The position numbers and the translations under genes are program-made. A stretch of 64,000 nucleotides of DNA from a virus, in IMG/VR virus record IMGVR_UViG_3300008448_000049, positions 10,133 through 74,132 of that record; one strand, given 5' to 3'. Shown here piece by piece: positions 29,101 through 38,496 of the stretch. Within the stretch, counting starts at the first letter, position 1. Each line of letters opens with the position of its first letter. The notes below the pieces were generated by a model. It searched no databases. It saw nothing but the letters and a program-made list of their open reading frames with translations, and was not told where the DNA came from.

Positions 29101-31952
29101 CTAAGAAGACTGATTTTACTGAATCATTTAAAACTATCTTGGACATTGCTTCTGGTTACAGAGACAGTGATGGACAACCTATTGGTTCAGATATGCTTGA
29201 TGAACGTAAGGCTGTTATCAAAGAAGCTCAAGAGGAGATGGAGAATGCACGTAATGAATGGGCTGGCTACTCAGGATTAACTCGTGACGAGATGGAGCTT
29301 TTAATTGATTTGTCTAAAAAGAAAAAAGAGAATGGTGAATTAGAACCAAATGAGTTTGAGAAGTTTAAAGAATTACTAAACAGGCAAGATTCACTAGGAC
29401 TTACTAAGAATGAACGTGCTGAGATTACAGGCTTGTTTGGAGATCTTAGAGAGCTACAAACTAAAGACCCGACTACTTATTATGTTGATGCTATTAATCA
29501 CTGGATGGATATAATAGACTCACAAGAAGTGTATGATGAATTAAACTTCAATGAGTTTAATGCAAGCAACATGGATAAGCTTTATAATCCGAGTGTATTA
29601 AGCAAGATGTTTGCTAAGAGTCCTGAGTTTGAAAAATGGTTTAAAGCAAATCACCTTGAGAAAAATTATAGAGACAAAGATGCAAAGTCTGTAACAAGCT
29701 ATGAAAGATTATATGTATGGAACATTATTAAACCTAATGACCCAAACATGTATGAGACAAAGCCGTCTCTTAAATACTTTACAAGAGTTGTAAAAAAAGA
29801 GTACAAGAATGGTTATGATAAAAACACAGGTGAAGTCAAATTAATAATAGGTGTACATAAAGATAACAGAGGAGAGTGGTTACCTAAGCAAGATGTTAAT
29901 TCACCTTATTACAACCAAGCTTACTTTGACTTACAAAAAAATGATCCTAAATTATTTAAACTTCTTGAGTTTCTTAAAGAAGAACATTTAAAATCACAGG
30001 ACGGTCTTTCAAAACGTGGTAAGTTGTATTATGATTTCCCCCGCTACGGAATGAGTGGTTTAGAAGCTGCCCAAGCAAAAGGTATAAAAGGAACAGCTGC
30101 AGAAAAGCTTAGTCCTATTTCAGCTATGCTCACAAAGATTAAGCAATTTTTTACGGGAGCAATGGATGAGCAGGGTAGTATTTATAACGCGGATATGGCT
30201 AACGAGTTGGTTAGAGCTGATGGTTTTAATGACCAGATAGAGAACATACCAATGCAAGGCTTATTTAATCTAGAACTTAAAGATACTTCAACAGATGTTA
30301 TAAGTGGTATACTACGTTATATCTATAACGCTGAACACCACAAACAGTTGGTTAAAATGAATCCTATTGCTCAAGGTTTAAAGAACTTGCTTGAAGATCC
30401 TAATAATAAACTTAAGGAACTAGATAAAATTAACCGTTCAAACTTTATAAACTTTGGTGCTACAACTTACGCTAACAAGAAAGGTAAGTATATCCGTAAG
30501 GATGCAATTGCCCAGTATTATGAACGTGACTTTCAGGGCCAGTCTATAACAGGATTTGGTAAAGATATACCATGGATACAGAATGTACAGAGACACTTGT
30601 TTGGTAAAGCAGCGTTTTCCTTCTTTGCCTTTAACATACCATCTGCTTTGAAGAACATGTTTACTAAAAAGTTTCAGAGTTTAATACTTGCTTCAGCAGG
30701 TAATGATCTTACAGTAAGTACCTTGTTTAAGGGAGAATCTTGGTCAATGAAATACATGATGAAGCTTAGTGGTTCTGATATCTATGCTAAGGGGCCTAAG
30801 TCACTGGAGCATCAGATAGGTGAGATATTTGATCCAAGCCCTAATAGATTTCAAGAAAAGTTTCATGAGTCAATCACAAGAACATTTGCAAAAGATGTAG
30901 TGAGTACGGGTTGGTTTTATAACTTCCGTAAATGGACTGAGGTACAAGCAACCATGCAAACATTTGCTGGCATGATGTTCAAGAAGAAAATACCTATGGG
31001 TAATCAGATGATTGATTATATGGATGCATGGGAACTTAATGCTCAGGGTAAGATACAACTTAAAGCGGGTATTGATCCTACGTGGGGTATTACGTATGAT
31101 GAAGAAGGTAACATGAGTGTAGGTGCTGAATTTAAAGCATTTAAAAATAAAGTTGGTGCTGTTAATACAAAACTGGATGGAGCTTTTGCTAAGCTTGATC
31201 AGCCTTTGATGCAACGTCTTATAGCATTTAGATTTGTGCAGTTCCTTAAAAAGCATATGATCACAATGAGTATTAACAGGTTTGGAAGAAACCGTATGGC
31301 TCCAGGATATGGTCAGGAAGATGAAGGTTACTATGTGCAAGCTGTTAAGTCTTTACTTGGGGCTATTAAGAATAGAAACATAAATGATATGACTAGAGAA
31401 GATAGAGCAGCTTGGATGAGAATTATTACTGAAGTTGGTGTGCTTTATTTAATGGGTCTATTAATGGGACCTTTATTTGGATGGGATGAAGACGATGAAG
31501 ATAGATACAAGAAGCTACGTGAAAAGAGTGGTAAAATGACAATACCTTTCTTAGCTGATGAAGAGCCTGGACAAGAATTTAACTTAGCAGGTTTCATGGA
31601 ACTGCATGCTATGAATCAAATGCTTCAGATCCGTTCAGAGAATGAGCAGTTTATTCCATGGCCAGGTATGGGTCTTGATAACTTATCAACTGTTGTGGAT
31701 CTTAAGTCATTAGCCTTTGGACCAACAACAGATACATGGCAACGTATAGGAACTGACCTGGTTAATATATGGGAAGGTAATGAACGTCAGTTTTATAAAC
31801 GCCGTAGTGGTCCATTCAACTGGTCACAACAAGGCGGTCGTCAGATATGGGCCCATATAGGTAAGATGTTTGGTGTAACAGGTTCTAACATCTCACCAGG
31901 TGATATGATTACAAACTGGGATAAGGCACAAAACATGTCTGCCAAGAGATAA
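26136..31952 (+). CDS. Large ejected protein with N-terminal zincin-like domain (1938 aa)
   Basis: HEFAH at 26670-26684 followed by EEVIV. Long helical body with a C-terminal hydrophobic segment. Follows the RNAP gene as in crAss-like phages. Confidence 0.75.
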   Translation: MITCPNLSNPTVKAQWDAIANNPALGNREAMREFMEAEMNNRPIGTPEQVMAKLEAREVVNPIASHDKFVADMKNIIAAKSNDPVLTDPDTLYGFASVVQPINTKSLSVTDNSNGRAMEVLNKLSEATGINYSFITPEEAVIITANSKNPYTIGRAPAFFHGGTVYFINGMVNTELAFHEFAHPIVRTIQQDNPVLFEKLYMDAIRADQTLLDEAIAEYQDLQKALDNAVEDEEKDAIRLKLQKAVAEEVIVKALTRGAMLKEAGIKPSTGLAKALNNILAAIKKMLRSVFGNKVNVAKLDETTSLDKLAEMLHAGGNFVINTETVSQADVVAYNQDFQNYVNDLKQATEGDKGQAVMAMARRIYEGATDQIEMIMKNKNYQEMINLFADQYNRGDLQEMRANVSRYARELETKAESMIEDIQKTQSQVQSVVGAMLRLKVMMTKMEEHLNELRKDATNRDNVHRAYYYARVLEYWQKYISEAQDMMIKAGAKSDSPMNQLLGSIETSMKTSAKHINQMNNEGISDILWEQWESMSNRAEELFKDKIKRLEDRNASQAAINKEYVKFYGMNKADYERYKMLQAKQESGQDLTYEESKDLEIGKKASFDGIVMSREKVARAIRGEGADARYIESYFEGYLYSSDPVIGGFALYFKNNMTEMEARVQSRVSGMSGALKELIDDAGINFLKPGELGKKIGFVDKFGYIDKNGTFQQKEVWAMLNPYKDYRYDVDRFNNELKGLRDRYNRDRSKENQEAFAAKLAEKNAHMRKWMQQEYVDEYYEKDDLLGKDASDTVGQRAKFLRDEIFNRMEIINLAANRDDQLVDNTKEMDDLWKEYNQLYSSYYLNGQKKTGVDLEVAQRLQQHRDLTRKFHEYKPRTGVYENELAKKEQQIRDNLISLQYEEGTEEFDDQFEAYRDMWIKANTVTKIKPEFYEIRSKLIENLKEILGRPAARLRQQLKDLEAKGIKTAADRALKKDLEDKLVSADTKAKKTDFTESFKTILDIASGYRDSDGQPIGSDMLDERKAVIKEAQEEMENARNEWAGYSGLTRDEMELLIDLSKKKKENGELEPNEFEKFKELLNRQDSLGLTKNERAEITGLFGDLRELQTKDPTTYYVDAINHWMDIIDSQEVYDELNFNEFNASNMDKLYNPSVLSKMFAKSPEFEKWFKANHLEKNYRDKDAKSVTSYERLYVWNIIKPNDPNMYETKPSLKYFTRVVKKEYKNGYDKNTGEVKLIIGVHKDNRGEWLPKQDVNSPYYNQAYFDLQKNDPKLFKLLEFLKEEHLKSQDGLSKRGKLYYDFPRYGMSGLEAAQAKGIKGTAAEKLSPISAMLTKIKQFFTGAMDEQGSIYNADMANELVRADGFNDQIENIPMQGLFNLELKDTSTDVISGILRYIYNAEHHKQLVKMNPIAQGLKNLLEDPNNKLKELDKINRSNFINFGATTYANKKGKYIRKDAIAQYYERDFQGQSITGFGKDIPWIQNVQRHLFGKAAFSFFAFNIPSALKNMFTKKFQSLILASAGNDLTVSTLFKGESWSMKYMMKLSGSDIYAKGPKSLEHQIGEIFDPSPNRFQEKFHESITRTFAKDVVSTGWFYNFRKWTEVQATMQTFAGMMFKKKIPMGNQMIDYMDAWELNAQGKIQLKAGIDPTWGITYDEEGNMSVGAEFKAFKNKVGAVNTKLDGAFAKLDQPLMQRLIAFRFVQFLKKHMITMSINRFGRNRMAPGYGQEDEGYYVQAVKSLLGAIKNRNINDMTREDRAAWMRIITEVGVLYLMGLLMGPLFGWDEDDEDRYKKLREKSGKMTIPFLADEEPGQEFNLAGFMELHAMNQMLQIRSENEQFIPWPGMGLDNLSTVVDLKSLAFGPTTDTWQRIGTDLVNIWEGNERQFYKRRSGPFNWSQQGGRQIWAHIGKMFGVTGSNISPGDMITNWDKAQNMSAKR

Positions 31953-31968
31953 CTCAACATCTAGTTGG

Positions 31969-32000
31969 AAAAAAAAAGGAGAACCCCGTAAGGTTCTCCT
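31969..32000 (-). terminator. Intrinsic terminator at the convergence of the two transcription blocks
   Basis: Stem AGGAGAACC/GGTTCTCCT (31977-32000) with an A9 run on the + strand, giving a U-tract for the - strand transcript. Confidence 0.85.
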
Positions 32001-32022
32001 CTATAATCTAACTTTGTACCCC

Positions 32023-32658
32023 TCAACTTGTCCGAGAGGATAGGTCTTGATTAATAATCCACAACAGAGTTTTCTTGTTCTGCGGCTTCAATATCTTATC
32101 AAGTGTTAGCATTGCATTATTTGATACAGCGGGACAACCCCAACCTTCAGGTACACCATTTGGGTACACTTCATTGTCTGGTACATCATCCCAACTATGT
32201 AATACTATAGTTCTCTTTTCTGCATTCCGGTTTGTGTTTTCTAAACCCTGCAGAGTATACTTTATATGTATTCCCCAATTACTATAACCGCGTTCATTTA
32301 TATAGTACTTACCTATAGATGAACAGTGACTATCAAACGCATTGCTAACTGTGGCATTGGTTTTTGATTGGTCTAAACCCCATGGATTGTTTGCACAACC
32401 ATGGCTAACCGTGAAGCTGTGAGTTACTTCATTTTTATTAAAGTCCCAAACATATAATCTATTAAGACCTGAGTGTATACTCAGATCTATTAAGATATAA
32501 AAGTCAGTGTTGACTTTATGTTTGGTACAATAATCTTTGGCTTTTTGTGAATAAGCTCTAGTGTTGTCATTATGTTTAGCCACTTCTGTTTTCACAGGAG
32601 CATTGCAATTTACCATAAACATAACACACACTATGCTCAGATAAATCTTTCTTAGCAT
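32023..32658 (-). CDS. Murein L,D-transpeptidase catalytic-domain (YkuD_2-like) lipoprotein
   Basis: Signal peptide ending in MVNC. Motifs ID.S.HSG.NR, VSHG, CSS.GKY, IVLH and GWGCPAV (catalytic His/Cys). Confidence 0.8.
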   Translation of the reverse strand: MLRKIYLSIVCVMFMVNCNAPVKTEVAKHNDNTRAYSQKAKDYCTKHKVNTDFYILIDLSIHSGLNRLYVWDFNKNEVTHSFTVSHGCANNPWGLDQSKTNATVSNAFDSHCSSIGKYYINERGYSNWGIHIKYTLQGLENTNRNAEKRTIVLHSWDDVPDNEVYPNGVPEGWGCPAVSNNAMLTLDKILKPQNKKTLLWIINQDLSSRTS

Positions 32659-32660
32659 AA

Positions 32661-33053
32661 TTAACTTTTATTAGTAGAGAGTATTTTATTAATATCAGGC
32701 TGGGAGTATCCCGGGCCCTTTTGGATCTTGCCATCTTCTCTAAAGATAGGCTTACCGTCTGATCCTAACTTGCTCATGTTGCTACGTTGAATCTCACTAA
32801 AGACTTCTTCAATCTTGTGTTGAAGACCGTGCTTTAATATAGTTCCACATAGAATGTATAACTGATCACCTAGTGCATCAGCTATCTCAACTAAGTCTCC
32901 GTTCCAACAAGCTTCCTTGTATTCATCATTTTCTTCAGCCATTAAATTATACCGGAGCAAAAATTCATTCTCAGGTAATAATCTTGGCTCTGTTCCATTC
33001 TCTTGTAAGAATACTTTGTGAAATTCTTCCACGGCTTTTAATTGTTCTTGCAT
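32661..33053 (-). CDS. MazG-like/PRA-PH nucleoside triphosphate pyrophosphohydrolase
   Basis: EENDEY, EIADALGDQLY, SNMSK and REDGKI.KGP motifs. Confidence 0.85.
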   Translation of the reverse strand: MQEQLKAVEEFHKVFLQENGTEPRLLPENEFLLRYNLMAEENDEYKEACWNGDLVEIADALGDQLYILCGTILKHGLQHKIEEVFSEIQRSNMSKLGSDGKPIFREDGKIQKGPGYSQPDINKILSTNKS

Positions 33054-33775
33054 TATATTATGTTGTTTAGGGTTAATATGTCTTTTACTTTGTCTATCAA
33101 ATCTGATATACTACCATTGTTGTCTATCACATAATCAAATTCATGATTGTCAAGAGCTGTTTCTGAAGGGTGTTCTGTGAAAGCATCCCTACTTAACAAG
33201 TGAGTTTCTCCAGTTTTAGAGTGAGTAATAGGAAATCCTTTTCTATTAACTCTAATAGTGATACCACCTTTAGATTTTACAGCATCCATCTCATTAGGAA
33301 ATCTCATGTCTGTGATAATCCAATTAGGAAGTTTATAATGTATCTCTGATTTATTATTTAAAAAGTGTTCATTGAAAAGCTCATCCATGCTTTTATTAGG
33401 AGTAAGATGATAATCAGCCATCAAAGCATTAACCCATACATTTTCATGTAAACCATTTCTCATAGCCTCTGTACCTAGTTTTTGAAGTAACTCTCTATAA
33501 GTTATTCCCCATTCTGGGCCCATCTCTCGTTTCTTAAAATCTTGGTCTTCTAGTTGCTCTAAGGTTGCTCCTGTTAGTATAGAAGCAATCTGTTTAAGCT
33601 TACCTGCAAACTTCTTAATTTCCCAGTTACTGTGAGTATCTAATAAGTAATGTTCTTTATTTATCCAGTCTTGAACAAAGTATTTTGTAGTATTCTCATC
33701 TAACATTAAATATTGAATGATTCTACCTACTGTATCTTTACCAGAGCCTATTTTTCCATTAATCCCTATTATCAT
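33053..33775 (-). CDS. Deoxynucleoside monophosphate kinase
   Basis: GKIGSGKDT, FA..LK, RELLQ.LGTE, ITDMRFPNE and H.SE motifs. Confidence 0.9.
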   Translation of the reverse strand: MIIGINGKIGSGKDTVGRIIQYLMLDENTTKYFVQDWINKEHYLLDTHSNWEIKKFAGKLKQIASILTGATLEQLEDQDFKKREMGPEWGITYRELLQKLGTEAMRNGLHENVWVNALMADYHLTPNKSMDELFNEHFLNNKSEIHYKLPNWIITDMRFPNEMDAVKSKGGITIRVNRKGFPITHSKTGETHLLSRDAFTEHPSETALDNHEFDYVIDNNGSISDLIDKVKDILTLNNII

Positions 33776-34014
33776 AATTCTTTTTTCTTTCTAAGTGAAT
33801 TAATCATTCCTTCAATTTCAATTAACAACTCAGCGGGCATACCTTCCTTTTCTTCTGTGGTTAATTCAACCAACTGAATTTGCTCATCATACTTACATAA
33901 TGATAAACAGTTTATACATATCATCAAGTTCCCTGGAGAGGGTATATCTCCAGGGTCTTTCATTGATGTGTAATTTGCTATTACTGCTTTGCAGTGTGGG
34001 CACGTTACTTCCAT
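33772..34014 (-). CDS. Small Zn-ribbon protein
   Basis: CPHC and CINC pairs. Translationally coupled to its neighbours. Confidence 0.6.
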   Translation of the reverse strand: MEVTCPHCKAVIANYTSMKDPGDIPSPGNLMICINCLSLCKYDEQIQLVELTTEEKEGMPAELLIEIEGMINSLRKKKEL

Positions 34015-35132
34015 TATAAATCTAAATTGATATTAGTAATCATTGATGCATCAGCACACTTGCTACACAATTGGCCATCATTCCATACAGCCTCTGCTCC
34101 TTGCATCTCGTTACAAGATACACAAGGCCAACCTTCATCTTCTGAATCATCTTCTCCTACTAAAGCTGAAAACAATTCAATAACAGTTCCTGATACAAGC
34201 TCTTCTTCTAATCCAACAACGTCTTCTTGAGCAACTCTAATCTCTAAAGGTTCATTAAATACAGCTTGGATTTCTGCAGTCTTTGGTTCATCATCCCAAG
34301 GCGCTGGTTCTACAACTTGTTCTGCTTCAACTTCTGCTATTACATCTAGTATAGTGATTTGATTACTTATTACTTCCGGTTCATTTTCATTTAAAACGTC
34401 ATCCTGTTTTGTATTAACAAGCATGAACTCTTTTTCTAAGAAGTTGTGAGATATAATCTGCTGATCCATCCAAGTCCTAGGGTGTGCTTTTTGTAAAGCG
34501 ATCAGTATTGCATGGTACATATACCATACAGTATTTGATTCACCATTGATAGCATAGCTAGACTTCTTATATTGAGTTCCGATTATTGACATCTGCTCAC
34601 TTGTAAACAACTCGTGTTCAAAATACATCCTGCCTGTTAACTCAGCACGTATCTTACTAGTCAATACTAGGTTTAACATTTTGTCTTTCTGAATAAGCAA
34701 ATCTTTAAAATACTCCTCAGCGTTTATTAACTGATTATCAATTGTACTTAGTACATCACTGTCAGCATCACCCGTATGCTTACGGGCATAAGTACCCATG
34801 TTACCACTAATAATAGATGCTAGTGATTCATGTACATAACCACCAACACAGCATTTGAATCTCATGCTCTTATCATAAGAATTACTCCATGTAAACAACA
34901 TGCCGATATCCGGATCATCACCATATTTCAGGTGATAAATACCTTGTGCAATCTTTGCGTCTAAGTTGCACTTATAGAACTCACGTTCTATTTCAAATCC
35001 CATCTTCTCAAGGGTTTGCTCTGTTCTTTCTATTACATCTTTGTGAGGAACCACAGTATATGTATCTGTGGTCTCAGGTAAAGGAGCATTGATTAAATAC
35101 TCCTTTGTTGTCATGCTTGGTCTTTTACTCAT
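34014..35132 (-). CDS. DUF932-like phage protein with C-terminal Zn finger
   Basis: TYTVVPH, NSYDKS and RKHTG motifs. Acidic linker followed by CVSC...CSKC. Confidence 0.5.
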   Translation of the reverse strand: MSKRPSMTTKEYLINAPLPETTDTYTVVPHKDVIERTEQTLEKMGFEIEREFYKCNLDAKIAQGIYHLKYGDDPDIGMLFTWSNSYDKSMRFKCCVGGYVHESLASIISGNMGTYARKHTGDADSDVLSTIDNQLINAEEYFKDLLIQKDKMLNLVLTSKIRAELTGRMYFEHELFTSEQMSIIGTQYKKSSYAINGESNTVWYMYHAILIALQKAHPRTWMDQQIISHNFLEKEFMLVNTKQDDVLNENEPEVISNQITILDVIAEVEAEQVVEPAPWDDEPKTAEIQAVFNEPLEIRVAQEDVVGLEEELVSGTVIELFSALVGEDDSEDEGWPCVSCNEMQGAEAVWNDGQLCSKCADASMITNINLDL

Positions 35133-35135
35133 ATC

Positions 35136-37031
35136 TTAAAATAATGTTATTTGTTTTGGGCATATGTTATCTATCTCCTTGTATATCTTATCCAGATAGT
35201 ACCTCTCATTAATAAAATAATGTGACCACGGTTTTTCTTGAAACTTACTCATATCTTCCTGCATCCACTTACCTGACTCAAGTTGTATTTCTCTCTTGTC
35301 ATATTTATTAACTTTCATAATCTTACAGCCCTTCTCTGATATATAATACCGGATAGTCTTTTGCAATGTGTCAGTGGTTAATATACCTTTCTTCAAGCAT
35401 CTTCTTTGGAATTCCCAATTGCCTTTAATCTTTACACCAGCACAATAGTCTAGTATATTTTTATTTTCCATCAGGCTTTTCTCAGGAGGAATGTCCTTTA
35501 CAAAATAATTGAACAAGGCTTTAGGTATTACTAAGAAGCTTTTATTCTTGTGAAGAGCTAAGTTCTCAAACTCAAATCTGCCTTTGCACTTATACTTACC
35601 GGCAGTGTTTACTGCAATGTAGTTATTAACGTCAGCTAGAATCAATCTGCTATACTCGTCATGCTCTAATTGCAGATTAGTTATCTTCTCCCACTCAGCA
35701 CATATAGCTAAGTATTTGTCCTTGTAGTTCTCCGGTATCATCATCTCTATACCGTCAGTGTTTTGCATTAACGGTACACAATCTGGTATACCTTCTGCTA
35801 GCATCTCATACAACATCATCAGCGTTAACTGACCATTGATTGTGATCTGCATACCAAACTGAGGATCATACAAGAAACTATTTTCATCTATACTCAGACC
35901 AAATGTAGAATTCAGTATAATCTTAAAGACATAGTTCTTTGGATCTTTCTTAGGTATCTTTTTTCTCTCTTCAAAGAACCACTCATACAGATCACAGAAT
36001 TCTTGTGCGGGTAGATGAGCGGGCGCCCAGCCATTTCTAATAGCCAGATTAGGATAAAAACTTGTAACATCCGAGGACATTATAATCATACCATCACCTG
36101 CTTTATAGATCCCACTCTTTCTTGCACCATGAACACCGCCTAAACCAAAGTCAGTCTTAACTCCTTTATATTGCATTGAATACTTAAACCCGCCTTTTGT
36201 ATTAGCTGCGTTTATTGTGACCATTTTGAAATTATCAAGCAAGTCTTGAAACACGGGTGTACTAAACTTAAGATAAGGGACAAGAATATCTTTGATGTTA
36301 ATGAGGTTCCTCTGAGTCCTATACTGTTTTAAATCATACTTACTTATACCAGTCTTCTTAGATAGGAATAGCAAGAACAACTCTTTAGAGATCCTAGGTT
36401 CAGATGCACTGTATAAAGATATACCATACTCTGCAGTAAGATTAGCTCTAAGATTAATTTGATCCTTACTAAGCTCCATGATTCTTTTAGTGGAGCCCAC
36501 ATCATTCTTACAATAATCTATGATCATTGGAATTTGTTGCGCCGTTATTACAGTGCTATGATGAAGCGGCATCTCTTGGATATTATTCCAGTCCATTGAA
36601 TACTGTATCCATTTCAGGCTAGAGCTTTTAGCTGCATTATCCCAATGGTTAAGTTTAAAAACATCTACCTGTCTAATAGGTATATCCTTTTCACTAAACT
36701 CTTGGAACGCGCCATCATTAGACCTGGTGATACAGTCCTGAGCTTTTACATAAACCAGTGTTGCAATTTCTGCTGCTGTCAGTGTAACTAACTCTTTCTT
36801 CTTTTTAAGAATCATATTAGTAATCTGAGCATCAAACGCAAGACCGTTGTATGAGATATGCCATTCATTGTTTTTGATATTGCTTTCCAAGAATTCTATT
36901 AACTCTTGGATATCATTTTGTGACTCATGTACAATAAATACTTTAGTAGTATCTTCTTTGTGATGCTGAAACACTGCGATAAAACAATTGGATAGGGTTT
37001 CATAATCCATTACCCAGTGACTTTTACTCAT
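35136..37031 (-). CDS. polB: Family B DNA polymerase
   Basis: Exonuclease motifs DYET and YNGLAFD. Polymerase motifs DVTSFYPN, KIILNSTFG and NTDG. Confidence 0.95.
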   Translation of the reverse strand: MSKSHWVMDYETLSNCFIAVFQHHKEDTTKVFIVHESQNDIQELIEFLESNIKNNEWHISYNGLAFDAQITNMILKKKKELVTLTAAEIATLVYVKAQDCITRSNDGAFQEFSEKDIPIRQVDVFKLNHWDNAAKSSSLKWIQYSMDWNNIQEMPLHHSTVITAQQIPMIIDYCKNDVGSTKRIMELSKDQINLRANLTAEYGISLYSASEPRISKELFLLFLSKKTGISKYDLKQYRTQRNLINIKDILVPYLKFSTPVFQDLLDNFKMVTINAANTKGGFKYSMQYKGVKTDFGLGGVHGARKSGIYKAGDGMIIMSSDVTSFYPNLAIRNGWAPAHLPAQEFCDLYEWFFEERKKIPKKDPKNYVFKIILNSTFGLSIDENSFLYDPQFGMQITINGQLTLMMLYEMLAEGIPDCVPLMQNTDGIEMMIPENYKDKYLAICAEWEKITNLQLEHDEYSRLILADVNNYIAVNTAGKYKCKGRFEFENLALHKNKSFLVIPKALFNYFVKDIPPEKSLMENKNILDYCAGVKIKGNWEFQRRCLKKGILTTDTLQKTIRYYISEKGCKIMKVNKYDKREIQLESGKWMQEDMSKFQEKPWSHYFINERYYLDKIYKEIDNICPKQITLF

Positions 37032-37384
37032 ACATCATCTTTTTTAGTTAATTCTTTAATCCTCTTAGATAAAGCTGTTTTAAATCTATCATTAAGATCT
37101 TCTTTTTCTGTTAACCATATTAAATAAGATAAATGAGTACAAGTACTAATCTTATCACCTTTATATTTACCAAAAGGAAATACTGTTACAGGTGCTGCTA
37201 TTGTTGAAGAATTATCCATTTTAGACTTTCTTTCTACAAACTTGTACTTTTTTTTATTTGCTTCCAATACAAGATTTGATTTTATACTTGCTGTAACAAC
37301 TGTTGTAGGTATATTAAAATATTCAGCGGCAAGTTTTTTACTTTCAAAACTTTGACCTGATATTACTTCAGTTACTTTGATCAT
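37028..37384 (-). CDS. Small DNA-binding protein (NUMOD1-like N-terminus + FPFGKYKG domain)
   Basis: FESKKLAAEYF helix-turn-helix-like segment. PFGKYKG motif as in DUF3820 or the ExoX C-terminal domain. Confidence 0.55.
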   Translation of the reverse strand: MIKVTEVISGQSFESKKLAAEYFNIPTTVVTASIKSNLVLEANKKKYKFVERKSKMDNSSTIAAPVTVFPFGKYKGDKISTCTHLSYLIWLTEKEDLNDRFKTALSKRIKELTKKDDV

Positions 37385-37420
37385 AATGTTTTATTCAGTT
37401 CAGCTGTCTCCCCTTATATG

Positions 37421-37456
37421 ACACAAAAAGGAGAGTGATTAGCTCTCCTCCTGTGT
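37421..37456 (-). terminator. Intrinsic terminator-like hairpin
   Basis: AGGAGAG/CTCTCCT stem (37429-37449) with an adjacent A-run and an outer ACACA/TGTGT extension. Confidence 0.6.
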
Positions 37457-37470
37457 GTATGTATGTATTA

Positions 37471-37887
37471 TTATTTAATTAATTCAATTTTAGGTTTCTC
37501 AGGTGTCACTAATAACGTGTCATCTAAATGCCCCATAAAATTAAACGTATCAGCATTAACTGCAACACGCTTAATTAAATCAATAATCTCTGTTTTCTCT
37601 AAAATGTAATGCTCTGTATATGTATCAATGTGTAATCTTTGTTCCTTGAATGTTTTACCATTTTTACGTGGCGCTTTAGTCATAACGGGGTCTCCGTTCT
37701 CATCAAGCCTAGGTAGCATGTGTACTGTTTCTTTTGTCTCTTTGGACATCATGATTAATATTTTACCTTCTGGTTCATAGATGCCTTCTGTAAAGGGACA
37801 CTCATTAGTAATTGGCATTAGTTTAAATGCTTTTCGCCCCTGCCATGCAGAGGTTACTAATAACATTGTTGGTTGTGTTGCTGACAT
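37471..37887 (-). CDS. Hypothetical protein
   Basis: 138-aa ORF in the replication operon. Confidence 0.75.
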   Translation of the reverse strand: MSATQPTMLLVTSAWQGRKAFKLMPITNECPFTEGIYEPEGKILIMMSKETKETVHMLPRLDENGDPVMTKAPRKNGKTFKEQRLHIDTYTEHYILEKTEIIDLIKRVAVNADTFNFMGHLDDTLLVTPEKPKIELIK

Positions 37888-37917
37888 ATTTTTTATTTTA
37901 AAATTAAGGTTACTAAG

Positions 37918-38484
37918 TTAATGTTTTTCTTTCACAATGTCTAAATTCATTATAGAAATATTAAGAGTCTCGTGTTTCATATCTGGTAATGAACACAACT
38001 CTCCTACTTCTTTAAGAACAGACTCATTTACACCCATCATCTCAGCATAGATTTTAAAATATCTGTCTGGAAATAAGAATGAATCAATATAGGGTAAGTT
38101 GGGATTACTTAAACCAATGTAGTGTCTAATACGTCTCTTGAAATCAGGAGTCAGTTTAGAGTACTTACCATTAATTACATTGTCCCATTCAGACTTCATT
38201 GAACTAAAATCAAAAACATACACACCGCGATTGTCTTCAACTTGTTTAAAGTCATGGAATAACTTGTTACCTATAAGTTTTTGTTTCTCAAATTGTTTGA
38301 ACTCATCATCCCCACGTAAATAATACAGGCAGCTAAGTTTAGCATCCTCAGCTTTATGATTATTACTCCAGGCGATGTATGTTTCAATTGGGGTTACGCT
38401 AACCCCACGCTTTATGTCCAAAGAAGGATAGAGAAAGATCCTACTTTTTTGGACATAATCTTTGTACAGAGACTTTATTTGCAT
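37918..38484 (-). CDS. Hypothetical protein
   Basis: 188-aa ORF adjacent to the PD-(D/E)XK nuclease. Confidence 0.75.
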   Translation of the reverse strand: MQIKSLYKDYVQKSRIFLYPSLDIKRGVSVTPIETYIAWSNNHKAEDAKLSCLYYLRGDDEFKQFEKQKLIGNKLFHDFKQVEDNRGVYVFDFSSMKSEWDNVINGKYSKLTPDFKRRIRHYIGLSNPNLPYIDSFLFPDRYFKIYAEMMGVNESVLKEVGELCSLPDMKHETLNISIMNLDIVKEKH

Positions 38485-38496
38485 ATGTGTTTTATT

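Noticed and set aside
3301-31340. Numerous 60-156 aa ORFs overlapping or antisense to the giant genes
   Set aside because: They are shadow ORFs of long, codon-biased genes and show no motifs or independent signals.
37397-37418. TAAGGGGAGACAGCT resembling TAAGGGGATAGCT at 49832 as a phage RNAP promoter
   Set aside because: There are only two imperfect copies, in opposite orientation relative to transcription.
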